A DNA stretch of 54,153 nt from a virus (taxonomy: Duplodnaviria > Caudoviricetes). The stretch covers positions 1 through 54,153 of IMG/VR virus record IMGVR_UViG_3300049893_001743; one strand, 5' to 3'. The translations under genes and the position numbers were made by a program. Shown one piece after another: positions 16,948 through 25,477 of the stretch (position 1 is its first letter; every line of letters starts with the position of its first letter). The notes beneath the pieces were generated by a model. That model did no database searches, was not told the origin of the DNA, and worked only from the letters and a program-made list of their open reading frames with translations.

Positions 16948-18442
16948 GTTCTACAGCAGACTCAGGTTTGGCACTAGAGGCTATGCCAGTTTTAGTCCTT
17001 AGACCCCACGAATCACGTATCTTAGACTCTGGCGTAAGGGTCATCTTAAGGAGAGACAGTCCTGCAGAGGCATATCTCTTAAACTGCCCTGGATTCTTCA
17101 CCTCAAGGACTCTATCGAAGACGAACTTTGGGTTAAGATAAAACTTCCCATAGAACCATCTAAGATGGGACTCAAGTTCATTGCGTGTATATATCTGGTC
17201 CCATAGAGGAGGCCTGAAGTCATCATTGATACGATTTGCATAATCACGCCACGGATCACCCACAATAACGCCTTCCTGTAAGGCTCGTAGATATATCTGG
17301 GTAGCTGGAAATGGTGATAGGATGGTCATCTGCATAAAGTCAGGCTTGATGCGCTTAGATAGACGTAGCGTATCCTTGACATCATCTAGAGTCTCAGTGG
17401 GATTACCCATCATAAAGTAAGCAAGCGTCTTAATCTTGTACCTCTTACACAGATCAAATGCCTTCTCTACCTGCTCAATGGAGGTCCCCTTATTAAGCTC
17501 CCTTACGACACGTGGATTGCCTGTCTCAACACCGAAATGGATGCGCTCACAGCCAGCCTCCTTCATGTTCTTAAGAAGGGCCTCATTGACCACATTTACC
17601 CTTGTGCGTACGTCCCACTTTATCTTAATTCCCCTTCTCTTAATCTCATCACATATCTCATTAACACGCTTCATGCTCACAGAGAACGTATCATCATAGA
17701 AGAAGACTTCCTTAATGCCGTTATCTTGGCACCACTGCATCTCATCTGCGACACGGTTGGCGTTCATAGCACGAAATCCCTTACCAAGGGCCGGCCTATC
17801 ACAATAAGCGCATGAGAAAGGACATCCCCTGGAGGAGAAAGCTGTGGTAGTGGGAGTATCCTCAGATAATACAGAATAATACTTATCTATATTTGTAAGC
17901 TCTCTTGCAGGGAAGGGTAGCTCATTTAGATCCTGAATGAAGCTGACCTGCCTATAGGTACGCCTCTCAATGGATGCCGTAGTATCGATTTTCCCATTAG
18001 CGATATCCTGAGCTAATGTATCCAGTGTTATCTCTCCCTCACCGACTATGACGTAATCCGCTCCTAGCCCATTAGGATTGAAGCACTCGTTAGGATAGAT
18101 TGCTGTATGAGGTCCACCTATAACCACTGGTGCTGAAGTACGCTTCCTTAACTCCTGCATGACCAGTTTGCAGTCCACCAGGGTAAACGTCATGGCAGTC
18201 AGACCTATGAGGTCTGGCTTTAAATCTGCCGCTATCTGAGCTACCTCAGGATGGTTCCACCCCTCTGCTTGGCAATCCAGTACATGCATATCGTATCCCT
18301 TATTCTTAAGGTAAGAGGCGATATAGAGTAGTCCAAGCGGAGGATACACGCCCTGCTGATCCTTAATAATTACAGGGTCATTTCCGACTAGTTCATATGT
18401 ATTAGGTACGTTTATTAGTACTATACGCATTAGTGTCTCCAA
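16937..18442 (-). CDS. Cobalamin-binding radical SAM enzyme (class B methyltransferase-like)
   Basis: PPLGLLYIAS, VIGGPH, GEGE B12-binding domain; SRGCPFSCAYC; GVETG. Confidence 0.92.
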   Translation of the reverse strand: METLMRIVLINVPNTYELVGNDPVIIKDQQGVYPPLGLLYIASYLKNKGYDMHVLDCQAEGWNHPEVAQIAADLKPDLIGLTAMTFTLVDCKLVMQELRKRTSAPVVIGGPHTAIYPNECFNPNGLGADYVIVGEGEITLDTLAQDIANGKIDTTASIERRTYRQVSFIQDLNELPFPARELTNIDKYYSVLSEDTPTTTAFSSRGCPFSCAYCDRPALGKGFRAMNANRVADEMQWCQDNGIKEVFFYDDTFSVSMKRVNEICDEIKRRGIKIKWDVRTRVNVVNEALLKNMKEAGCERIHFGVETGNPRVVRELNKGTSIEQVEKAFDLCKRYKIKTLAYFMMGNPTETLDDVKDTLRLSKRIKPDFMQMTILSPFPATQIYLRALQEGVIVGDPWRDYANRINDDFRPPLWDQIYTRNELESHLRWFYGKFYLNPKFVFDRVLEVKNPGQFKRYASAGLSLLKMTLTPESKIRDSWGLRTKTGIASSAKPESAVELVN

Positions 18443-18490
18443 GCGTTAATAACGATAGTGGATACCACCTTAAGTAGTTTCTTATAAACT

Positions 18491-19066
18491 CTACTCACGA
18501 TAATACCTAGTAAGCATACAAAAAGTATTAAGCACATTATCTGGACGACTGTAAAGAAGCTTGCAGAACAGGTTAGGAGCATTATTACCTCCAACGATAT
18601 CGAATGGGTGGATGTAGAATATAGGTCTATTGGGTATGCTTTGCTTGATCCAAGAGTGCTTTAGGACACTTACGTGATTCTTCTTATTAGAATATATATC
18701 ATCAGTCTTATAGTGAAACCATGGAGAACGGTAATGAGATACGTCTCCAAGATAGTTTAGAGATACTAATTTATCTAGTTCAGATAGTCTTTTATCACTA
18801 TACTTAGTATGAAAGTGTCCATGAGATCCTATGGCGTGGCCTGCATCTGCTATTGTCTCAACTAGATTTGATGTGTGTTCCAAGACCTCTGTTGAGATGA
18901 AGAAAAGCGCTCTAATGCCCCTATCTCTAAATAGATCCAATATCACAGGTATCCCATACTTAATACCATCAAAAGTATTGATTCTTCCTCCCCAATCCTT
19001 CTCTACATCTACCGTCCACGTAAAAATGACCGAATCCTCCGTGTCCTGAGTGCCAATCCTACCCAC
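18491..19066 (-). CDS. Polysaccharide deacetylase (NodB-like)
   Basis: TVDVE.DW, ALFF, IGSHGHFH, YRSP, YIHPFD. Confidence 0.85.
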   Translation of the reverse strand: MGRIGTQDTEDSVIFTWTVDVEKDWGGRINTFDGIKYGIPVILDLFRDRGIRALFFISTEVLEHTSNLVETIADAGHAIGSHGHFHTKYSDKRLSELDKLVSLNYLGDVSHYRSPWFHYKTDDIYSNKKNHVSVLKHSWIKQSIPNRPIFYIHPFDIVGGNNAPNLFCKLLYSRPDNVLNTFCMLTRYYRE

Positions 19067-19731
19067 AAAATATAGTACATAGTTACAAATCCATCTCTTA
19101 ATAACCTTACCCTGGACTTTCCGAAGTTCCTTGGCTGAACGTCTATAGGAAAATAAGCTACCTTATGACCATCAGTTACAACCGACATGGTAAGGGACGT
19201 AGTAAAGCTGAACGTATCACATAAGATAGGGGAATAGCTGTGGGCCATATCTCTATCAAATATACGCATACCTGAGTTAAGATCTACGAGGTAATGAGAT
19301 GCGATACAGGAGGCTATGAAGTTTATAATCTTTCTGAATATCCATCTTATGGGACGTTCCTTAAGGTTCCACCTGCATCCAACCACCATCTTGCAGTCTG
19401 GTATCATCCTGAATACTGTAGTTAGCTTAATAGCATCAGATACGGTATGTTGACCATCTCCATCCATGGTAAGAACAACTTTATTTCTAGAGGCCCTAAT
19501 GCCCTGTTTTATGGCATATCCATAGCCCATATTGGGCCAATAGTCCAAGGAAGGAACATCCAGCTCTACTGTATCCCCATCATTTACGATTATGACCTCA
19601 GCTCCTATGGAGGTTAATTCGGAATAAGTTTTATTAAGAAATGACGGATCTTCTTTATAGACTGGTATAACTACAGTTACGCCGTCTAGGGCTTTGGAAA
19701 GGCTTTGAGACTGAAGTATAGATTGTTCCAA
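19009..19731 (-). CDS. DPM1/GtrB-like polyprenol-phosphate glycosyltransferase (GT2)
   Basis: VIPVY, VNDG, NMGYGYA, MDGDGQH, VVGCR, DLNSGMR, R..GKSR motifs. Confidence 0.88.
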   Translation of the reverse strand: MEQSILQSQSLSKALDGVTVVIPVYKEDPSFLNKTYSELTSIGAEVIIVNDGDTVELDVPSLDYWPNMGYGYAIKQGIRASRNKVVLTMDGDGQHTVSDAIKLTTVFRMIPDCKMVVGCRWNLKERPIRWIFRKIINFIASCIASHYLVDLNSGMRIFDRDMAHSYSPILCDTFSFTTSLTMSVVTDGHKVAYFPIDVQPRNFGKSRVRLLRDGFVTMYYILWVGLALRTRRIRSFLRGR

Positions 19732-20225
19732 GTATTATACTCCGTAATAACGAATCTCTTAGAGATATACCCACGTATCTTACTATGAGAGTTCCTTATA
19801 TGAGTATCTCCTATAAGTTTATAATATAAGTCTGTAATAGGATTCTTCATGGGAGAAGCAACATAGAGAACTCTTTTGGTTATCTTATGTATCTTAAATA
19901 GAATAGGCTCTAAATCCACGAACTCAAGGTAGCTTGCACATACCACGGCATCAAACTTCCACTCATCCTTGACCTCTTCTATTCTGTCTGCCAGCTTAAC
20001 CCTAACAGAGTGTTTCTTAAGCTCATCCAGGAATATTCCAGGGCCGCTTCCAAGGTCGAGTATGTTGTAGTAATAATCACTCCCTATCATGTCCACGATC
20101 ATCTGTAGCTTATGTCTATAGAAGTATCTATAAGGGAATGTATAGTACTTCTTAATGGCATAGTTTCCTAAGCCCTCATATTCCTCTAGTGTGCGTAGCG
20201 AAGGCAGGATAAGACTGTTAGGCAT
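19686..20225 (-). CDS. Class I SAM-dependent methyltransferase
   Basis: ILDLGSGPG, FDAVVCASYLEFV. Confidence 0.8.
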   Translation of the reverse strand: MPNSLILPSLRTLEEYEGLGNYAIKKYYTFPYRYFYRHKLQMIVDMIGSDYYYNILDLGSGPGIFLDELKKHSVRVKLADRIEEVKDEWKFDAVVCASYLEFVDLEPILFKIHKITKRVLYVASPMKNPITDLYYKLIGDTHIRNSHSKIRGYISKRFVITEYNTWNNLYFSLKAFPKP

Positions 20226-20419
20226 AGGATTGTAAGACAGAATATAGAAGTAAACGCTGATACGAATTTGTCAAACAGGTATAGCTTCCAAACAGCAGAG
20301 AACATGGTTTTAGGATTGACGCCGGCTTCTTCCAGCTTATTGATTAGTTCCACAGAATCCTCAATAAGAGGACGTAATGTATACTCACAGAACGCACCAA
20401 GCGGTTTAGGATCCAACAA
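20186..20419 (-). CDS. Small membrane protein
   Basis: C-terminal hydrophobic helix. Confidence 0.55.
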   Translation of the reverse strand: MLDPKPLGAFCEYTLRPLIEDSVELINKLEEAGVNPKTMFSAVWKLYLFDKFVSAFTSIFCLTILCLTVLSCLRYAH

Positions 20420-20753
20420 CAGCTATGACCTCCGATTCACGGACAAATAGGATTGTCTTCCCATTCATCTCTTCTCTCTGACCTCCAAAACGGGATACCA
20501 TGACCTGATTTCCTACATGGATGTCCATCTTAACTTTGGGGCCTACTGAGATGACTTCTCCAGTACCAGGATACTTCTTGACTGCATCCTCAGCTATGTC
20601 AGGAGCTACAAGCTTACCTGACTTAAGAGCCTCAATAGCTTCTCTGGTAAAGCCAGTATAACGTCCCGCCTCCATCCTAGGATCATCTTCTATGATAATA
20701 ACGATATCATTCAAAGCCTTCAAATTGAACTTCTGTGATTTCTCCTTTTTCAT
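20406..20753 (-). CDS. groES: GroES/Cpn10 co-chaperonin
   Basis: LNDIVII..GEVISVGP..VGNQV...FGG...GK.ILFVRESEVIAVV. Confidence 0.88.
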   Translation of the reverse strand: MKKEKSQKFNLKALNDIVIIIEDDPRMEAGRYTGFTREAIEALKSGKLVAPDIAEDAVKKYPGTGEVISVGPKVKMDIHVGNQVMVSRFGGQREEMNGKTILFVRESEVIAVVGS

Positions 20754-20859
20754 CTACCCTCCATTGCCCTCCGCACCAGTGGCACACATGCATATCGCTT
20801 GAACTGACTTTCTCTAACTCATTATTATCTTTCGGGCAAAAAACACCCGATTTAGTCAT
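20707..20859 (-). CDS. Small Zn-ribbon protein
   Basis: Start MTKSGVFCPKD overlapping upstream stop (ATGA); CHWC. Confidence 0.55.
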   Translation of the reverse strand: MTKSGVFCPKDNNELEKVSSSDMHVCHWCGGQWRVDEKGEITEVQFEGFE

Positions 20860-21815
20860 ATCATTCTCAAATCTTTTATCTTGAGATAAGTCCATATAAA
20901 TCCCTGATAGATATATCCAATTAGGGTTGGTTTGATCCAACGGCTGTAGTATCTTCGGAAGTTTGTCCATCGATGTTTAGTACGAATCCTCTCTTTATAC
21001 ACTCCAGCCTTAGAAGGTCTATGATAGAGTCTGCAGGCATTCTTATAGATGAGCGTGCCGACTTTTGAAAGTTTAAGCGCAAGATCGACTTCACACCATT
21101 CTGATGTGCGTGTATAACCACTGTCGAAACCTCCAGCATTTATAGCCTCCTTTTTTCTGACAGACATATTGCACGCTTCAAGGTAAGCAACTGGTCCATC
21201 GTAATCGCAATCAGGGTCATTAGAAGCAGTAGACACAGCCCCACAAGGGCTAATACGCCCAGGAAGATACTTAAGATTGCCAAGAAAGATAGTATCGTAC
21301 AGTCCTTTAAGAAATTTAAACTTGAACAAATCACGGTTATTACGATATTCATCTGTTATGACAGTAGGACCGGATACGCCAACTACTCCCTTATCTTTGA
21401 ATGACTTAAATACGTTTTCAGCCCAAGTTGGTTCGCAATAAACGTCATCGTCAATAAACGAGACAATATCCGATGTTGCATTCTCAAGCAGTGCTTGTCT
21501 ACATTTGGACAAGTCGCCAAGTTCTTCATTGATGATAACTTCGAAGTTTTTGAACGTTTGTTTGGAGAGACTCTTGAGCGTTTCATTTAAGCTCTCTGGC
21601 CTCCCAACAGTACAGATGGCAACTGTAATATCCGTCTTAGTCCTAGGTGGACAATCATGATGCCGTATGTAACCACTGTCGCAAAACACATTATCGGGTG
21701 GACGAACCACGCTATATCCCTGACCTTCAAATAACCTCGTATACTCAGGATTAACGGTTCTATAAAAGTAACCGACACGAGTATGAACCAGATCAGTTTG
21801 CATATGTCCTCCCAT
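20856..21815 (-). CDS. GT2 family glycosyltransferase (true start probably downstream of 21815)
   Basis: ITVAICT.GR, QT..NFEVII, SFIDDD, ACNMSVR, GGFD..EVDLAL. Confidence 0.88.
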   Translation of the reverse strand: MGGHMQTDLVHTRVGYFYRTVNPEYTRLFEGQGYSVVRPPDNVFCDSGYIRHHDCPPRTKTDITVAICTVGRPESLNETLKSLSKQTFKNFEVIINEELGDLSKCRQALLENATSDIVSFIDDDVYCEPTWAENVFKSFKDKGVVGVSGPTVITDEYRNNRDLFKFKFLKGLYDTIFLGNLKYLPGRISPCGAVSTASNDPDCDYDGPVAYLEACNMSVRKKEAINAGGFDSGYTRTSEWCEVDLALKLSKVGTLIYKNACRLYHRPSKAGVYKERIRTKHRWTNFRRYYSRWIKPTLIGYIYQGFIWTYLKIKDLRMI

Positions 21816-22534
21816 TTACTGAAATCTACGAGGTGCCATCTTCTATTCTTATTGAAGGCGTGTTGAAGGCCGTATCGATAACGCTTGATAAAGAATGAGA
21901 ATATATTTCCACCAGTGTTATGGATTATTCTCTGTCTGACAATGGCATAAGCATCATAACCTTCAAGAACTAGATCATATGGATTATCTATATGATAGTA
22001 GTTATCCAAATCAGATTGACTTATTACCTCTTTTCTTATAAAGAAACCATTGTCACCTAAGGACGGAGTGTTGTTAGGACTGAAATACTTGATAGTATAA
22101 TCTCCACATCTCTTTAATCCACCAGGCCACTTACCTATCGGAAATCGGTCATTCTTACCTAGATATAAACTAAGAGGATCATTTCCTCCTATAAGTGAGA
22201 AATATTTTCCAAGTCTGTCCATACCCATCTTTGGATAATAATTTCCTGGGTATGAACCAGTAAGCCAGGGTAGCTCAAATAGCGGTCTAGTAACTTCTGA
22301 TAAGAAATGAAGGCCATTAAGTTCATTATCACTAGCTAGTATGCCTATGATCTTACCCTTGGCTCTCCTAATCCCAATCGCCTTAGCACTCTCAGATGTA
22401 CCTTCAGTAATAATAAGAGTCTCCATCTTGTCCTTAGGGAAATCCTGCTCCTCTATTGACCGAAGTAGTTCAGCCAATTTAGGGTCATTCTTATCCTTAG
22501 CTGTTATCACTAGGCTTAGTAGGATATTTTCCAC
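21587..22534 (-). CDS. GT2 family glycosyltransferase with C-terminal membrane helices
   Basis: LSLVITA, SIEEQD.P, AKAIG..AKG..I..LASDN, GDNGF; two hydrophobic C-terminal segments. Confidence 0.82.
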   Translation of the reverse strand: MENILLSLVITAKDKNDPKLAELLRSIEEQDFPKDKMETLIITEGTSESAKAIGIRRAKGKIIGILASDNELNGLHFLSEVTRPLFELPWLTGSYPGNYYPKMGMDRLGKYFSLIGGNDPLSLYLGKNDRFPIGKWPGGLKRCGDYTIKYFSPNNTPSLGDNGFFIRKEVISQSDLDNYYHIDNPYDLVLEGYDAYAIVRQRIIHNTGGNIFSFFIKRYRYGLQHAFNKNRRWHLVDFSKWEDICKLIWFILVSVTFIEPLILSIRGYLKVRDIAWFVHPIMCFATVVTYGIMIVHLGLRRILQLPSVLLGGQRA

Positions 22535-23297
22535 TCTTTAGATACTCCAGATTAGCTTCGGGATCACAATCAAAATACTTCTTATCACTAAAGTTACCCT
22601 CACCTACTTTGAAATGGAACGGGGCCAAGTCATCTGGACCACAGCATGGATAGTGGGTCATGTAAATAGCTCCCTTATCCTTGAGCATAGAGGTTAGATA
22701 TTTATATAGACCATTAGGATTAATGACATGCTCAATGACATCCTTAGCCATGATGAAGTCGAACATGCCATCTATTTTAGAACCTGATTCAATAATATTG
22801 ATGCTTAATCCACACCTCTTACTAATATATCTCATCCAGGCTAAGCATAGAAAATTGCTCTCTATGAAAGTAACGTTATTTCCTTTAGAGGCCATATGAA
22901 TAGAGAATCCGCCTGTTCCTCCAGCAAAATCCAGGATATCTCCCTTAACTTGGTCGCTTATATCAATGAACATATTCCTGTGCATTCCATCCATCATGCG
23001 AATAATGTTATTAAAGAAGTGAAATGGAGAGAATCTGTAGAAGTCATCTAGTTGTTTCTCATTTGATGGCCTAAAAGTCTTGAATAGGTCAGCATTAATC
23101 CTTGTGCCAACTCTGGCATAAGCTAAGGCTTCTTCACGTTCTATAGGATTCTTGGTATATCCCATAAATGAGTTATAGAACTTGATTGCCTCACTTAAAG
23201 CCCACTCATCTAAGAATATAGTTTCATAATATCGATTCTTTATGAAATCATCGAATCTATGGAACTCTCTAGCTGAATCGATTTTATATTCTTGCAA
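22497..23297 (-). CDS. Class I SAM-dependent methyltransferase
   Basis: ILDFAGGTG, VTFIE, FDFIMAKDVIEHV..P. Confidence 0.85.
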   Translation of the reverse strand: MQEYKIDSAREFHRFDDFIKNRYYETIFLDEWALSEAIKFYNSFMGYTKNPIEREEALAYARVGTRINADLFKTFRPSNEKQLDDFYRFSPFHFFNNIIRMMDGMHRNMFIDISDQVKGDILDFAGGTGGFSIHMASKGNNVTFIESNFLCLAWMRYISKRCGLSINIIESGSKIDGMFDFIMAKDVIEHVINPNGLYKYLTSMLKDKGAIYMTHYPCCGPDDLAPFHFKVGEGNFSDKKYFDCDPEANLEYLKSGKYPTKPSDNS

Positions 23298-24234
23298 TAT
23301 CAGCCTCTACCATTTCTTTGACTAGTTCCTTGAACCTTATCTTAGGTTCCCATCCTAGGACCTGTTTAGCCTTGGAATAATCACCACGAAGGTAATCTAC
23401 TTCAGATTGACGCTCCATAGTCGGATTCTGGGTATAGACATCCCAGAAATCCACCCCTCCAGCTTCACAGGCCGCTTCAAGCCATTCCTTAACAGTGTGA
23501 GTCTCATTAGTGGAAAGGATGTAGTCATCGGGTGCCGGCTGTTGGAGCATAAGCCATGCCCCATACATGAACTCTTTGGCATGACCCCAATCTCTTGAAG
23601 CGTTGAGGTTGCCAAGACAAATCTTCTTACCTGTAGCTTTGTATTCAGCAATACCTTTGGTAATTTTTCTAGTGACAAATTCCTCTCCTCTGCGTGGAGA
23701 TTCATGATTGAACATTATTCCGCATGAGATGTGCATTTTATAGGCTTCTCTATAATTAACGGCAATATAGTGAGCAAAAGCCTTTGATGCTCCGTACGGA
23801 GAGCGTGGATAGAAGCGAGTAGTTTCTTTCTGAGGAGTTTCTTGGATCTTGCCGAACATTTCAGAGGTCGAAGCTTGAAAGACTCGGCAATCCGAATGAT
23901 TATTTCTAATAGCCTCAAGTAATCTAAGTACTCCAAGCCCTGTGATATCAGAAGTTGTTGTAGGGGCTTTAAATGAATATTGGACATAGCTTTGCGCCGC
24001 AAGGTTGTAGACTTCATCTGGTTTAATGCTCCTAATTGCGTTATCGAGTGAGGATTGATCAGTAAGATCTCCTGGTATCAAGTTAAGCTTATCCTTAATA
24101 TGGTCAATGCGCCATAGATTGGTACAAGCAGAACGTCTTACCAAACCATGAACCTCATAGCCTTTTTCTAGAAGAATCTCAGCTATGTATGATCCGCCTT
24201 GTCCTGTAATTCCTGTAATAAGCGCTTTAGGCAT
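23284..24234 (-). CDS. gmd: GDP-mannose 4,6-dehydratase
   Basis: ALITGITGQ, PDEVYNLAAQS, QASTSEMFG, PRSPYGASK, FNHESPRRG..FVTRKIT, RDWGHA. Confidence 0.95.
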   Translation of the reverse strand: MPKALITGITGQGGSYIAEILLEKGYEVHGLVRRSACTNLWRIDHIKDKLNLIPGDLTDQSSLDNAIRSIKPDEVYNLAAQSYVQYSFKAPTTTSDITGLGVLRLLEAIRNNHSDCRVFQASTSEMFGKIQETPQKETTRFYPRSPYGASKAFAHYIAVNYREAYKMHISCGIMFNHESPRRGEEFVTRKITKGIAEYKATGKKICLGNLNASRDWGHAKEFMYGAWLMLQQPAPDDYILSTNETHTVKEWLEAACEAGGVDFWDVYTQNPTMERQSEVDYLRGDYSKAKQVLGWEPKIRFKELVKEMVEADIARI

Positions 24235-25015
24235 AAGTCTCCTTGAACCATTTTTCTGTCCTTGTTAATCCTAATTCCCTTCCAAATAACACCTCCATTT
24301 TCTCCGGTGCTTGGCTAAAAGGAATATCAAATGAGCGTTTTGGCTTATAAATCACTTTAGGCATCTTTCCGTATATAGTTTTACAAAGGTCATCGACTGA
24401 GATTGGATTAGAATATCCTAAGCTGACTGTTCCTATGGTCCATGAAAATAAGGCTAGTTTCTTAATGTTATGAACTACATCCTTTACGTATGTAAAGTCT
24501 CTTTTCTGTTTCCCATCTCCATAAATAATAGGTGGATATTTCTCTAGTTTAGCTTTGAGGAATAGAGGTACCACAGCATTACTCTGTGGAGGTTGATATT
24601 CTCCAAAGACATTATAGAGTCTTATATTGAGCCAATTCTTATGAAGTTTACCCATACTTTCCCCAAACTGCTTTGTTGCCCCATATAGGCTTCTTACGTC
24701 ATTCACTGAACTTGAGGAGATATTAATGACACGGGCTTTAGGGTAAGTTTTAGCTATGAGGTATGTACCGTAACAGTTGGTATCGATGAATTGTTTAGGA
24801 TAAAGCTCTCCCATTGGGACAGAGCGCTTTGCGGCAAGGTGAATAACCACGTTAATATCTTTATCGTTAGGTAACTGATAGAGGATATCATTACCTTCTT
24901 TCAAATCTATATTGATAGAGTCAGATGGAAGAAGTGCCATAAGATGTCGGCCTATGAAGCCACTACCACCAGTGACTAGGATTTTACCTGTATATATCGG
25001 GCTTTGACTGGTCAT
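24227..25015 (-). CDS. NAD-dependent nucleotide-sugar epimerase/dehydratase (extended SDR)
   Basis: VTGGSGFIG, HLAA, YGATK, RLYNVFG, GDGKQKRDFTYV. Confidence 0.9.
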   Translation of the reverse strand: MTSQSPIYTGKILVTGGSGFIGRHLMALLPSDSINIDLKEGNDILYQLPNDKDINVVIHLAAKRSVPMGELYPKQFIDTNCYGTYLIAKTYPKARVINISSSSVNDVRSLYGATKQFGESMGKLHKNWLNIRLYNVFGEYQPPQSNAVVPLFLKAKLEKYPPIIYGDGKQKRDFTYVKDVVHNIKKLALFSWTIGTVSLGYSNPISVDDLCKTIYGKMPKVIYKPKRSFDIPFSQAPEKMEVLFGRELGLTRTEKWFKETYA

Positions 25016-25307
25016 AGGCCTTAGATAAGAACGTCATAAAGGTTACATCTGTGATACACAACAGGGTATGTCTTTCTCCAGGATCGAAGCAGAATAGGGA
25101 GTATTTAGATAGTATTCTCTCATCATTTACCATAAGGACACCTTTTAGGATATAAAAGTATTCCGTAGTTTCTTTATGGAAGTGATTACCGAGAACCGAG
25201 TCCTTTTTAGCATTGTATATATTAACCTGTTCTATCTTAGAGGAGAATAGCTGAGTTATAGTACGTCTATTGTCAGAGTGGGTAAACTCAGGCTCCAGAA
25301 GTCTCAT
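24984..25307 (-). CDS. Cupin-fold sugar isomerase/epimerase (FdtA/WxcM/RmlC-like)
   Basis: HSDNR, GNHFHK...EYFY, PGERH. Confidence 0.75.
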   Translation of the reverse strand: MRLLEPEFTHSDNRRTITQLFSSKIEQVNIYNAKKDSVLGNHFHKETTEYFYILKGVLMVNDERILSKYSLFCFDPGERHTLLCITDVTFMTFLSKAYDQSKPDIYR

Positions 25308-25477
25308 TAGGCAGGCTTATTTTGATTCTGTTGGTTAAGGATCTGGCTAAGTTGCTGATTGATGATTTGGAGCTTACCTTGGAGAATCTCAAGCTGAGTT
25401 ACAATTTCACCTTTTTGGGCGAATAACTGGTTAATGTCAACTACCTGGACATTCTGAGGAATAGGCGTAGTACTCAT
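25307..25477 (-). CDS. Small Gln-rich coiled-coil protein (56 aa, not in ORF track)
   Basis: AAGGAG SD; MSTTPIPQNVQVVDINQLFAQKGEI...; overlaps both neighbours. Confidence 0.65.
   Translation of the reverse strand: MSTTPIPQNVQVVDINQLFAQKGEIVTQLEILQGKLQIINQQLSQILNQQNQNKPA

Noticed and set aside
13655-21640. ACG start codons (ACG-GAT at the apparent N-termini of the 12983 MTase and the 20856 GT2)
   Set aside because: In-frame ATG/GTG starts with plausible SD exist upstream and long overlaps are normal in this operon
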